A stretch of 64,000 nt of DNA from Lingula anatina (Eukaryota > Animalia > Brachiopoda), in NCBI GenBank assembly GCA_051362555.1, contig CM120642.1, forward strand, positions 3,658,001 to 3,722,000, read 5' to 3'. Under the pieces are notes generated by a model. The model did no database searches. It was given only the letters and a program-made list of their open reading frames with translations, and had not been told where the DNA came from. Positions 51,286 through 63,766 of this stretch are shown here, in pieces (positions within the stretch are counted from its first letter, which is position 1; the number at the start of each line of letters is the position of its first letter). The position numbers and the translations under genes are program-made.

Positions 51286-51457
51286 CAGGCCCGTAGCCAG
51301 GGGGGTTCGGGGGGTTCGAAAGAACCACCCATTTGCTTGGAAAAAGTCCACTCTGGGTAAAATTTGATCTATGTACTTGAGGATTTTATGTTTAAAGGTC
51401 CACTTTTTCAGAAAACGCCCCCCCCCCCCTCCTCTGAAATTGCTGGCTACGGGCCTG
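51286..51457. mobile_element. 172-bp MITE with 15-bp TIRs and 5-bp TSD
   Basis: caggcccgtagccag ... ctggctacgggcctg, with gtatt on both sides. Confidence 0.85.
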
Positions 51458-51642
51458 GTATTAATTAGAAAAAGATCACCATTTAAGTAACTCGTCAGTG
51501 TAAGAGTCTAAATATGGTGTTTTAAAGATTCAAAACTCCCGACACGCTTTGACACTGGTGGGGGCTTTATCTACTCTCGACTTCTCCAAGACGAGCAACT
51601 GGAGCCACCCATAATATGTGATCACCGGAATATAAGAAATAA

Positions 51643-51960
51643 AGCCTCGGTCACAACCGGAAGCACGCATTTTAGAATCGCACGTCCCCTACGATTTTTG
51701 GGTGCAGTATAATTCGTGGAGTTCGTAGAAGTAGAGGAAAGTTTGCAATGGAAAGGCGCAAGTCTCCCTTGCAAGTCGCTTTGCGGCCTCTCTGTTCGCA
51801 GATTATTCGTAGAATCTTTTGGACATGTCCAACGTCCTCCGTACGTGCTTACGGGCTGTCTGCGAAGTCCAAATATCGCAAGAAGGACTTGCGCGGCACG
51901 TGAGATTCTGCGCAAAATTTGGACGTAAACAGGCCATAAGGGCCCGTTGTGACCGAGGCT
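51643..51960. mobile_element. 318-bp PIF/Harbinger-type MITE
   Basis: TIRs agcctcggtcacaac / gttgtgaccgaggct, TAA TSD on both sides; empty site at ~60199 in the paralogous block. Confidence 0.88.
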
Positions 51961-53661
51961 TAACCGCGACGTTGAGATAGTTGATGACCATATGAATTTT
52001 GCTTGCGTGGACGAATGACTAGGTTTTAATCTATCCATCTGCCTTAACGATATCTGCCCAGAAACTTGAGTTTTTCGATATGTTTTTTTAACAAAATCGA
52101 AAACTAAAATGAAATATTGATGCGGAGTCTAGCAGTCATACCATCGCATTCTTCTCACTACGGGAAAATACAGGGAAAGGGTTCACGGTGTTTAGGCAAG
52201 GCATATAATTAAAAGATAATTGACATCTCAAGATGTAGGAGATGTGACAAATGACAATTACGGAGGTAAGAAGCAGTTAATTGGCGAGTTTATTACGGAA
52301 TTCGTTAGCCTAATTTCACTGATATGACTGCGAACAAAGACTCTACTTCCCTTACGACGTGGAAAAACATTCAAAACACAAAGATATGTATTGTGTTAAA
52401 TGAAGTTTTCTGATTCTTATAAAACAACACTTAGGTGTACCTTGAGACATATACATGCTGTCAAATTTTATTTCACATAAATGCAGTAAAAGCAATTTGA
52501 AGTTAAAATGTGGATGGCAGACACATTACCTCTCACGCGATGCGTTTATGTTACCGTCACACGAGCGCATCTGTTTTTGTGTCATGTTTTTTTTTTTCAT
52601 TTCGTCGGCGTTTCTCCCTTGTTGGAGATGGAAAGTAGAAAAAAAAAACTGTGCTAATTTTTCAAATTCGGAAAACGAGATTTTAGTTGATTTTGTTCAT
52701 TCATTTAAAGATATTTTGTTTGCCAAATTCTTTTCAGTTGTCATTGCTTCGACCAAGCAGAAAAAGTGGGCAGAAATAACAGCATGTTTAATTTTTATTT
52801 TCCTTTACTTATTTGTAATTTTGAATTCATGATAGTTTTTCTTTGTTTATTCTACGGTAATATCAAATGTTTTGTTTATTTTTTAAAAATTTCCTTTAAG
52901 TAAAAGTACCTAGCTCAGCATGTACATGGTGTTCTTGCTATTTTGATATGCGTCTTTTGTTCCATTCTACTTATAAATTTTTATTGAAAAAATATATTTT
53001 CAATTTACTTTTAGGGTGAATTTAGTCTTTAATTTTTAAAGAACTGAGAAACATATCAAAAGGAAATGGCAGAATCTTGCTAGTGCATGAAAGAAAAGAG
53101 AGGCTGCACGGAGGTCTGAAATGACAAAGACTTGCCCCGGGGGGGGGGGGGGGGGGAGTGTACCAACCCCATTCTTCCAACCCATTTGATGAGAAGGTAT
53201 GATAAAGTATTAAATTAAAACATTTTAATATGTTGAACATTTTAATGCGTTCTTAAACATGTGTTGAAATTGTATTATTATCAATTTAAAGTAAATATTG
53301 CATGTAAAGTTGAGAATTGTATTTTTATATATATCCAGTTAATAGTTATGTATTTTTTTCGCAGCGAGTTACAACTGGTCGGAGGCAGTTGTAAATGTAT
53401 GTGCATATTTATAACAGTTTGTAACTTACAAACCTTCGAGAATACCCCATTACGAGAACGATGGGACTTACGTGAAAAGTTACAAGAATATGCATGTTAC
53501 ATGTACACCCTTTCTAGAATACTGCATCACAAACGAATATATTTTGAGGCAGTCAGTGTTAGGATAATATGCACTTGTGTTCATTTTAATGAATTAGACC
53601 TCGACATTATAGTTATACTTTATACACTTAATCGACGACAGGGTGTCCAAGCGTCTCCTGG

Positions 53662-56600
53662 TTACAAGCAAGTAACCCCCACGTCTCTCTGGTGGGAACA
53701 GGAGACACTACTCCGCACACTGTGTCGGCACAGGTCCAATCTGGCCTCTGTGCCGCTGCAGGAGACATTAAGAATCCAAACAGGCCCCTCGCCCGCCCCA
53801 TAGTGGGCTCCAACTTGGACAGCTGGGCTAGAATGAGGGAGGTTGAGCTGCTTGCAAATAACCCTGGCGGCCTTGACATTAAAGTTATCATCGCACACGG
53901 TGCCCCATTGGCCATCCACTGAGATTTCAACACGCCCCCGGTTTGGCGTTCTTCCATTTACCAAACGAAGACGCTTTAATTGTTTGGAATATTCTAAAAA
54001 GACATTGGAAAGATTATTCATCTACGACAATAACCATGCCGTTGACACTTGAATTGATATAGAACGTTGAAATCACATAACAGAACAATACATACAACCG
54101 ATAAGTACAGCAAAGTACGTAATATCTTACTTTCTTGATAATTTGATGTACGTTTCTGGTGATTATATTAATACACGAGAAATGACTCAATCTACACTCG
54201 ACCAAAAAGTTTGGAAATATCGTTATTTTGAAAAATAACCATATGAGCTAAGGTAAATATCTTATATGTATATTGCACCCAACATTCATTAGTTTTTTTA
54301 TATACACTGAAGGTTTTCCAAACACATTATATTTTTTTAATTACTGAAAAACAATTTACGTTTCTGAAGATTCTGGTCAAGTGTACAATAATTGTGCATA
54401 GTATAAGATATTCGCCAATACTTAATACAAATCTGAAAACACAGAAAACACTATCAAACCTGATTGCTCTCTTAGGTTACGGCGGGATGCAAAGTCTCCT
54501 TTAGGGTCGCCTATAGGGTCTTCATAAACGCAGTCGCCTTGAGGGTCTCCATCAGGGTCTTCATAATGGCAGCCGCCTTTAGTCTCTCCTTTAGGGTCTT
54601 CATAATCGCATTCGCCTTTAATGTCTCCTTTAGGGTCTTCAGAAAAGCAGTCGCCCTTAGTGTCTCGTTTAGAATATCCATAAACGCAGTCGCCTTTAGG
54701 GTCTCCTTTAGGGTCATCATAAACGCATTCGGCGCCCGGAAGACCAGGGGGGCCTGTTGGACCTCTGATGCCAGGGGCACCGTTAGGACTAATGGGACCT
54801 TAAATATAACAGCAACATAACCACAATCTTGGTACAAAATTTACCATTTTTTACACTTCATGACATGGTTTGCATAATCATTTGGAACTTTCACCATGAC
54901 CTTTCATTAAAATTGCCTGATGCGCATTATGCAATTCGTTATACAAAACGTTTCTATTAAGATTTTTGATAAAATTGCGTTTTGTATTGAAAAGGCTATT
55001 GTATGTCTAATGTAAAAATAAAATTAATGCGGTTCTCCAGTATCATCATCTCATATAAGATATACATCAGGGCCTAGTTTCATTTACACTGGATAGCGCT
55101 ATCCTTTGGATAACACTGTCCTTTGGATAAAATTGTTATCCTCTGGAAAGTTATATTGACGATAGAAGCCTTTTTTTAACCACTGGAAAGCAATATCAGA
55201 AACAAAAATAAGTATCTAGTTTAAAGTTAACATTATTTTACCCACAGGATAAGAGTCCAGAGGATAACAATTTAGCCCAAAGGATATGTTATCCAGAGGA
55301 TAGCGCTATCCAGTATTGATAAAACTGGGTATAATCTGCTTGTGATGAAGATGTTCGTTTCATCCTACTTACTACCTCAAAAGTGTTTTTATTATTAGTA
55401 TTTCATTGTTATTATTTAGTTTAATAACCAAATATCGTGAAAGTTCTCCTGGTTCTCCCCCACTTACCTCGGAGACCTGGCAACCCAGGAATTCCTATTC
55501 TCCCCAGTTCCCCTTTCGGGCCTCGCTTTCCAGAGTTTCCCTTCGGTACGAGTAGGCCAGGAGGGCCAGAGCGCCCCAATGGTCCCGTATAGTCCGAAGG
55601 ACCTAAAAAGATACGGTAACTGAACTGTCCATTCATCTTCGGAATCGACAGACCATAACGTGTGAACAGTCTCAGTGAGATGCCTGGCCTCAGTTTACCT
55701 GTAACAAGTACACAATGTACTGCATTTCTTCCCAGGAAAAAGTTGAAAGTGGTATTTCTCTCCCCTCCGACCACATATTGATTCGGTTTAAATCCCCACA
55801 ACAAACGAAACACATTGAATGCTCAGTGCATCAGAATCCTTATTTATTTAAAAAAAAAACACACATATTATAAAATAAAGATCATATGAAATAAAATAAA
55901 ACCCACAGAACAAACAAAATCAGCAGTTCAAACATGTATACACACATGTAATACAGCAAGCACACGTGCATGTGATTAATTTTCATGTCAAGCTGTGCAC
56001 TAGGCCTTTTGCGGCTAGATGACCAAGATGTCAACTTCTTTTCTTTTCTGGAGAGCTTGCTTGCCCTCCAGCATTCTTTCGTTTGCGGAATAGCTAGCCC
56101 CAGTTACAAAAGAAGACAACATCTAGTCAGCTAGCTGCAACAGGTCTCTTACATGCAATGAAGCTTGCATTTACACTTCACCACCATAAGTCTGGATGCC
56201 AGACTTTTTGCAACATCGAAATTTGAGCTTTCAGCAAAGGCTCAAAACTTCCTAAATGCACTCTTGCACCTTGTGGCACCGATTGCCTTCCACGCGCAGC
56301 ATCCTCAGGCGGCAGATTGGAGTGGAGAGAGATGGTAGCAAAATCCGCAAGTGGTGCCGAGACTACGGGACGGGACCAGACAGGACAGGAACGGATAGGA
56401 CAGGACAGGACAGGACGGGACCAGACAGGAAAGGATATTACAGGACAGGATAGGATAGGACAGGACAGGACAGGACAGGATAAGATAGGATAGGATAGGA
56501 TAGGATAGGATAGGACAGGACATGACAGGACAGGATAGGACAGGACAGGACAGGACAGGACGGGACCAGACAGGACAGGATAGGACAGGATAGGATAGGA

Positions 56601-59065
56601 TAGGATAGGACAGGACCAGACAGGACAGGACAGGATAGGATAGGATAGGAAAGGATAGGATAGGACAGGACAGGACCAGACAGGACAGGATAGGATAGGA
56701 TAGGACAGGGTAGGACAGGGCGGGACCAGACAGGACAGGATAGGACAGGATATGATAGGATATGACAGGATAGGACAGGGCGGGACCAGACAGGACAGGA
56801 TAGGACAGGATAGGACAGGGCGGGACCAGACAGGACAGGATAGGACAGGATAGGATAGGATAGGACAGGATAGGATAGGATAGGATAGGACAGGATAGGA
56901 CAGGGCGGGACCAGACAGGACAGGATAGGACAAGATAGGATAGGATATGACAGGATAGGACAGTAGGAAGAAGCGCTGTATCGGCCTTGCTAAATATCTT
57001 CATACCTCTTGTGGGCGACTGTTTAGTCTCAGTAAGCCGAACAACCACTGGTTCCAGTTCTTTGGTTGTTGATTTCTGGATTCGGTGTTTAAATAAAATA
57101 CTCTTGATCTCTCTTTTGACGGACTGTAATAAAATTAAAATACCTCTTAGTTACGTCTTTTGGTGAATAAGGTAGCAACTTGGGGACTTCTCGTTTCTAC
57201 TTTTCGATCCAAACTTCTACTTGTCAATTCAAGTAGTAGCCTTGTTTTTAAAAACATTTAGCAATTTCGTAACAAACAAGCCATATTTCTTAAACAAAAC
57301 ACCTGGGCTATGATTTAGCCTGCTATCAACGTCAATCTGTTGAGCACGTTACGTCCATTTTGGATCTTCGCAAAATATCCAAAGATACTTGCTACCCAAT
57401 AAATACAGGCTCGACAGTTAACAAAATATTTAAGATATAAAGGTATGCCTAGGTAAAACGCATTATTTTCGGGGAACGTTTACCTCGTGAAATATGCGAA
57501 TAGAGCAATAAGTAGGCAGGTTTGTCAGTACCAATTATCTTACTGCCTTGTGTGATGCACTGTTGCAGTAAGAGATGTGTGGTGATTTCTTTGGATAGTA
57601 ATATTTGGACTGGTCCAAGTAATACTCTGGGCGAGCATGGTTTAGTCAAAAACGTCTCAATATTTCGGCAACGCCACACAGTAGATACTGACATCTTACA
57701 AGTAGCAGATATTAAGGCACATAAACCGAGTAAGGCAGTGTATTAAAGCAATGTTGCTCTGAGCCAGATTGGCGCAAAACAGATAGACATTGCCTGACAG
57801 TATTCTGTGTCGCAAGGAACGCTCTGCACTGTCTAACAGTGATATGCACAGACTGTTTTCCTACACAGAGTCCACACCTAAGGCATCCATAACATACCAC
57901 CAGGAAACAGACCCCCCTGTTCTTATGACCTTGCTTAACAACTAAACAAACACAGCTCATTCCCTAAAGCTTTAGACTGAGGGACAGATTGCCATTAGTA
58001 AGTGTTTTCAAGGTCCTTTGTTACCACCGTACTGGTTTGAGCAGGTTACTATACCAGGCAACCTCATAGGAAGCGTCAACATCGTCGTCTACTTCCGCTA
58101 TAATTGTGAACCATCAACCTCTTTGGGCACATCGAAACCATGTGGTTTTTACTTATGAGGTCAACTTTACCGCCAAGCTGCTCCAATTTGACTTCACAAA
58201 TATCCCGAAGAGGAATAACGCTTTTAAATGTTGTTGCTTGACTTAAAATCAGCCACGTATTTTTGTTAGCTCAATAAGGTGAATTCTTTTAAGGAACTTG
58301 AATTGATTGCTAAAAGATAAAAGATAACACAAATCGTTGTTATCATATATTAGTCAAAAAGTCGGAAAAAAGAAAAATGATTTGGAAAAACAAAATCCCT
58401 TTTTAATTTCTGTATATACCATACGGGTTATAAGGATATGGTAAACAGGAAAATTAACTTCAGTTGATAATTGGCACTTCATCTCCATGGTTATATATAA
58501 CCATCATGCAATTAAAGTGTATTCTCAATGGTAAATCTGCGGGCATGATTCAATAAACATTAAATCAAGAAGACTGCTGCTTACACCCTGCTCTGAAAAT
58601 TTGTTTAATGTTCAATAAATTTCCGTTGAAGGCTCAATGATGGATATGTACTGTATGCTAGAAAATTGAATACACTCACAAGGATTCTGCCATTTTATAT
58701 TTAGATTAAATTTAAATTAGTAACTTTTTTCCTATCTAGTACCATTTTCTCTCGTATCCCATTACAACCCTTGTGTTCAGATATTATTTATCAGTACTCT
58801 GAGTTAGTCTTATCATATAAAGAGAGTAGACCAATAACTAGACGATCACATATTTTCAAAATATCCTCAGTGAACCATTGAAAAATAAAACTGATATGGA
58901 GAAAACAAAAACCAATATATATCTTGACTTGGATTTAACTCTTACCCGAATTTCATTTGCTTTTTCCAAAATGTTGCCATCTCTAGTTGTAGTTAGACTC
59001 TGATCATGACTTTGAAGAAAATATAAAATAATCAAAGAGCCGACGAAGGTCCCAATCATGTGCAT
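53662..59065 (-). CDS. Gene B3: secreted short-collagen + Cys-repeat neck + SRCR protein, 347 aa; exons 59065-58946, 57123-57006, 55602-55468, 54798-54460, 53993-53662
   Basis: Canonical borders, phases as in B1/B2, total 1044 nt, open throughout; all indels versus B2 are multiples of 3. Confidence 0.82.
54500..54733 (-). repeat. Coding minisatellite, 6 x 39 bp, in B3 exon 4
   Basis: Units translate as AECVYDDPKGDPK, GDCVYGYSKRDTK, GDCFSEDPKGDIK, GECDYEDPKGETK, GGCHYEDPDGDPQ, GDCVYEDPIGDPK. Confidence 0.9.
55071..55329. mobile_element. ~260-bp palindromic MITE in B3 intron 3
   Basis: cctagtttcat...actggatagcgctatcctttggataaca versus tgttatccagaggatagcgctatccagt...ataaaactggg; absent from the B1/B2 introns. 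Confidence 0.8.
56367..56962. repeat. (GGAYA)n pentanucleotide satellite with higher-order cgggaccagaca units
   Basis: ~600 bp of ggaca/ggata; short versions at ~31012-31042 and ~46257-46274 in the paralogous introns. Confidence 0.95.
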
Positions 59066-61015
59066 CTTCCGGATCTTCTTCAGTTTTGTTGAAACTATGT
59101 TGTTACCAAGTGTCATTTTTAAAGTGTCGTGTGGGGTTACGTCAAAGGAAATCAAAATATTCGGCGAAGCGAGGCGAGGTCCTTTTCACCAGTTATCTTG
59201 TTTCCGTATTGCGCTATCTGGGAATACTGGTATTTTGTACCGTAGACCATGCACGTTTGTTTTGTGTACAATGTGACCTTGACCTGCAAAGCAAAAGGCG
59301 AAAAGCTTTTTTTTTTCAAAGTGCTCCCAGTAGTACCTATATATTAAGTCCAAGAAAGCAACAGAGAACAAAACTGCAAGGGTTGCAGCGGAAGAGAAAA
59401 AGCAGCCCGACGCATAGGGAGCTGCAAACTGAGGGCGCATTCCCACTGAAGAAATCAGTCTGCGTGGCTGATCCAACTCTGCGGGGACTTTCGCTGAATG
59501 CAACCAGATTAAAGCCTAGGTCCCGACCGAACGTACGGGCTGCTACTTGTGATCTACGGCCAAAAAATTGGGGAAAACCTGGGAGTTCGTGCGTGAGGAG
59601 CACGTCCATCGCAAACAGCACGTAGAAACTTTTCGACATGATCAACAGTCGCTACCTGCGATCCAGCTAAGTCCTAGCCGGACGCAAGGAACCCAAAAAA
59701 CCGTGCGTCCAAAACGTAATAATACTTTTAGATCATGTTTCTACATATAAATGTCATGAATAAATGACGCCACCTTCTGACGAGCATTATTCAAATTGTC
59801 ATTTGACAATCATTACTTGACATTGTTTTAAATCGCACGGAATTCGGGAGTCAGTGTGAGAATGGAGCTCGAAGGGATGACAAAATTTGAAAAAAAAAAG
59901 CATCGTTTAAGCTTTTAATGTCCCCAGCTTGTAACAGAATTATGGCGAGTGTCAGGAAAGTATGTTAAAAGGTTGAAAAGAGGTCATAATCGCACGAAAC
60001 TTTAAATATATTTGTTAATCAGAAATAGATCACTATTTAAGTAACTCTTTTATGTAAGTCTAAATAAGTAGTTTTAAAGCTTCCAAATTCAAGAAACACT
60101 TTGACGCTAGAGGTGCTTTATCAACTCTCGACTTCATCCATGACGAGCCACTGGAACCATCCACAAGTAGGCTTATATGGTTATCGGGATATTAAAAATG
60201 ACCGCGACGTTGAGATAGCTGATGACCACATGAATTTTGCTTGCGTGGACGAATGACTAGATTATTATCTATTCATCTGCTTTAGCGGTACCTGCACAGT
60301 AGCTTGAGTTTAATATACGGATGTGGTGATCCAAAGACAGAGGTGAGTGTATTGGGCTCAGGTACAAATTGTTTAGCACTTTTGGAAGGCGATTCTCGAT
60401 ATGCTTCTTTGAAAATCAAATGAAAATCTAAACGAAATATTCGTTTTGAGTTTCCCACTGGTGTCATCGTATTCTTTATAGTACAGGGAAATAAAAGGAA
60501 AGGTTTCGCGGTGTTTAGGCAAAATATATAATTAAAAGATAGTTGACATCTCAAGATGTAGGAGGAGATGTGATAAGTGACAATTACGGAGGTAAGGAGC
60601 AGTTAATTCTCGAGTTAATTACGGAATTTGTTAGTCTAGTTTCACTGACATAACGGTGAACAAAACTTGGGTTGTAGGACACCTTCGCCATTTACAGCAA
60701 TGTTAGGATCTTATTTATTTCTTGCTTTTGGCATGAAAATACACACTTCACGTACAAATATGATAAATTTAATACATTATTGTAGATTATTCATGTTGTT
60801 CCTATGGATGTTAAAATTTTCGCTTTGAATTTTATAGTGAGGATAATTCTCATATTTATAATTTCTTGTAAAAGACAAAGAATATGTAATTTTACTCTTT
60901 ATGTAGGCCTATTGTAAAGTATCTATTATTGTTGTTTCCTAGATTCGCTTTCCTCCAAGTCTAAAAAAAAGTTATCAAATTTTGTGTCATTTTCAGAAAA
61001 AAAAAAAAAAACACC

Positions 61016-62971
61016 ATGACGTCCAACTCCAGTCTCGCCCACGCCATAGAAAAAGACGTTCTAACGTGTGTTCTCTGCAAGAAGGTTTTCCAGTCACCCA
61101 AAATTCTGGAATGTCTTCACACCTTCTGCGAGGCTTGCTTGGAGAAGGTAATAATTTTTACTTCGGTGGATAACTTCAAGTTCCCCTGCCCGACCTGTCG
61201 CGCAGAGTGTTACGCCCCACCGGACCGCGCAAAGGGCATCAAAGACAACGTCTTCTACGAGAAGCTCAAGCGCCTGGTTCAAGAGAGACAAAACACCGAC
61301 GAACAGCCTGTGTGCGGGCTTTGCTCGGAGGACGCCATAACGGTACCGGCCACCGTTCGCTGTTTGGACTGCAAGGATTTTCTTTGCGGTAATTGTGAGA
61401 AAATACATCGTAAAATAAAGAGCTCCCAGCGGCACCAGCTCTTTGCTGTGGAGGACCTGGGCGGGGAGGCATACCAGAGAGAACTGTTCCGACACGAGCT
61501 CTCTTTTTGTCCCAAGCACGAGGAGACGGTGCAGGAGTTCTACTGCGTCAAATGCAAGCAGCCCGTATGCATACGTTGTAAAATTCTCTCTCACGACGAC
61601 CACAAGTGCGTACAAATAGAAATAGCGGCCCAGACCCAAGTTAAAGAGATCCAGGATTTGTTACAGAAACTAGCAACGCAGAGGGAAAGATATGAGAGCA
61701 CACAAGCGTCTCTCGGAGACGTAGAGACCGGCCTGGATCACCAACAACGCGATGTCCAGTTTCGCGTCGATCACCAACGCCAGGTCCTCCTCTCGCGAAT
61801 TGACCAATACGCAAAAGACATTGGTAACGAAATAGACGAGAAATTCGAAGCGGAGGAGAAGCATGTCGAGGCAGCCAGCGAAAACGTAGATAACATGCTA
61901 ATGGCCATTGATGGCATCTCGCAAATTTCACACCGCCTGACGAAGGATGCTTCGCCTGCCGAAATTGTCAATATGAAAGTGCAGTGCGCAACGAAAATTC
62001 AGGCCATTCTTGAGAAGTCCCCTCCGACTGTGCCTGAGATACCTAAGCTCTGTTTTAAATTTTCCCCGACTACTAATGAACTTCTAAAAGGAGGTTTCGG
62101 TTATTTATATTTGGATGACGGACGCCCTTCGATGCTGAATAAAATCCGCATACCCCTCTTGTCACGTAAAAAAGAAAGACTCTATTCTCTCGACTCTTCG
62201 ACCTCGGGAGACATAATCATCTCTACTTTTTGTGAAAAAGACCCCGCATTAAACCGGATATTCATATTGGACAGAGAGGCACGGGCCGTTAAACAAAAAT
62301 TTGGCGTTCCGAACATGTCCAGTATGACGTATCTTGCGGCTTCTGTTACGTCACATCACAAAGAGTGTCTGGTTGTCACAGATCCTAAGCAAGGGATGAT
62401 TTATGTTTTCGATACAGCAGGTATTTTAATTTCATCGCTTATCTGTCCAAAAGCACTTGCCGTGACGGCAAATAGCAAGAATCAGCCCATCATTCAAACG
62501 CATGGTCACCAAGATGACCGCATCCATCGCCTGAACCTAAGCGGTGGTGTCATTAAGTCCTTCTCCGATGGAAATGCGGGGGACGACAAAGGTGTTGTCC
62601 AGTTAAAACAGTTATCGTGTTCAAAATCTAACGGCGATATACTCGTGTCCGATCCAATGAATGCTTGCGTTCGTTCATACAGCCAAGAGGGAGAGCTGAA
62701 ATTCACTTACACTCCTCAAGGGGCAGGCTCTACTCCAAGCGAGCCATTTGTCCCATTTGGAATTTGCACTAACGAGAAAGGGGACATTTTTGTCACCGAT
62801 ACAAATAATAAGACTATCCATAGGCTCTCCAGCAAAGGGGAATTCAAAGAGCTTGTGTTAACTAAAGCGGACGGTTTGTCATCCGAGCCAATGGGTGTGG
62901 TGGTCAGCGGTAACGGACAGCTGGTGGTCGGTCTCCAGGACGGTTGGGTTAAAGTGTACAGTTACCGTTGA
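61016..62971 (+). CDS. TRIM-NHL-type E3 ubiquitin ligase (RING, two B-boxes, coiled coil, NHL-like beta-propeller), 651 aa, single coding exon
   Basis: CVLC...LECLHTFCEAC...CPTCR RING; CGLC...CLDCKDFLCGNCEKIH B-box 1; CPKH...YCVKCKQPVCIRC...HDDH B-box 2; PFGICTNEKGDIFVTD and PMGVVVSGNGQLVV repeats; good start context (accATG). Orthology among TRIM2/3/56/71-like genes not resolvable. Confidence 0.93.
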   Translation: MTSNSSLAHAIEKDVLTCVLCKKVFQSPKILECLHTFCEACLEKVIIFTSVDNFKFPCPTCRAECYAPPDRAKGIKDNVFYEKLKRLVQERQNTDEQPVCGLCSEDAITVPATVRCLDCKDFLCGNCEKIHRKIKSSQRHQLFAVEDLGGEAYQRELFRHELSFCPKHEETVQEFYCVKCKQPVCIRCKILSHDDHKCVQIEIAAQTQVKEIQDLLQKLATQRERYESTQASLGDVETGLDHQQRDVQFRVDHQRQVLLSRIDQYAKDIGNEIDEKFEAEEKHVEAASENVDNMLMAIDGISQISHRLTKDASPAEIVNMKVQCATKIQAILEKSPPTVPEIPKLCFKFSPTTNELLKGGFGYLYLDDGRPSMLNKIRIPLLSRKKERLYSLDSSTSGDIIISTFCEKDPALNRIFILDREARAVKQKFGVPNMSSMTYLAASVTSHHKECLVVTDPKQGMIYVFDTAGILISSLICPKALAVTANSKNQPIIQTHGHQDDRIHRLNLSGGVIKSFSDGNAGDDKGVVQLKQLSCSKSNGDILVSDPMNACVRSYSQEGELKFTYTPQGAGSTPSEPFVPFGICTNEKGDIFVTDTNNKTIHRLSSKGEFKELVLTKADGLSSEPMGVVVSGNGQLVVGLQDGWVKVYSYR

Positions 62972-63766
62972 CATCGTTGGCATATCAATTCTGACCTAAA
63001 AAAGGGGGAAGCACTTAGTGGATATTTACCTTGAGCGTTTAATTCGGAGTATACGGGAAAGTTGCGTTAAAAAATAAATAAAGTTATTCAAAAGCTTTTA
63101 TTTAGCTTTCTTTTTTGAAAACGAACATCAAATTTATGAAAATATTATGTAGGGGTGTGTGACTTAATCGACGTTTTTAAAAGATTTAATTCATTTATCA
63201 ATTTAATTAAATTCATTAATTGATTATATATATTTTTTATATTGAGAGGGGAGTGGTGGGGGTAAATAGAAAGATTCAGGTGAAGTTGACATGGGTCTGC
63301 ACTGGTCGCCATCCAAGGGTGAACTTTTCTGTATTCGCATAAGATCTATAAGATATATATATGAATATCTCTCCATAATAATATTAGACTGGTTCAATAT
63401 TGAAAGTAGGATACAGAATAAAGCTCTGAATGCTAGTTTGAAACTAAAGTGTGCCGATCATTTTTTTTTCGGAGGTGTGCAAAATTCTGACTTTCTATAT
63501 AGAATGGAACAATATTCGATGTCTCAGATTGGCTCACGTATTCCCATTTTGCAGTTGCTTTTAAATGGTGAAGCTAAATAAAGGAATCAGCTCCATAAAA
63601 CTAGATAAAAAGGGCATTTTACAGCAAGTGTCATAGCTTTTTGCCAATTGCAGTAATTTAAACGATTTTCTGACAGGATCTCTAAACATAGGGCAACTGC
63701 CTGTCCGACAGGTCATGACCGCTTGAAATGCCAGAGGACCTGCATTTTTTATATCGCAGATATATT

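Noticed and set aside
54511-54837. ORF-track protein with TLKETLKATAF repeats
   Set aside because: Wrong frame; splice phase places the exon in the GDCVYEDPK frame, continuous with Gly-X-Y upstream and the SRCR downstream.
56178-57048. 247-251 aa LSYPI/LSCPV repeat ORFs
   Set aside because: Stop-free translation of the intronic pentanucleotide satellite.
59483-59493. NF-kB-like word ggggactttcg between B3 and TRIM
   Set aside because: Imperfect single match, not clearly conserved upstream of the paralogs; chance level.
61094-62706. Minus-strand and alternative-frame ORFs within the TRIM gene
   Set aside because: Shadows of the TRIM CDS with no recognisable motifs.
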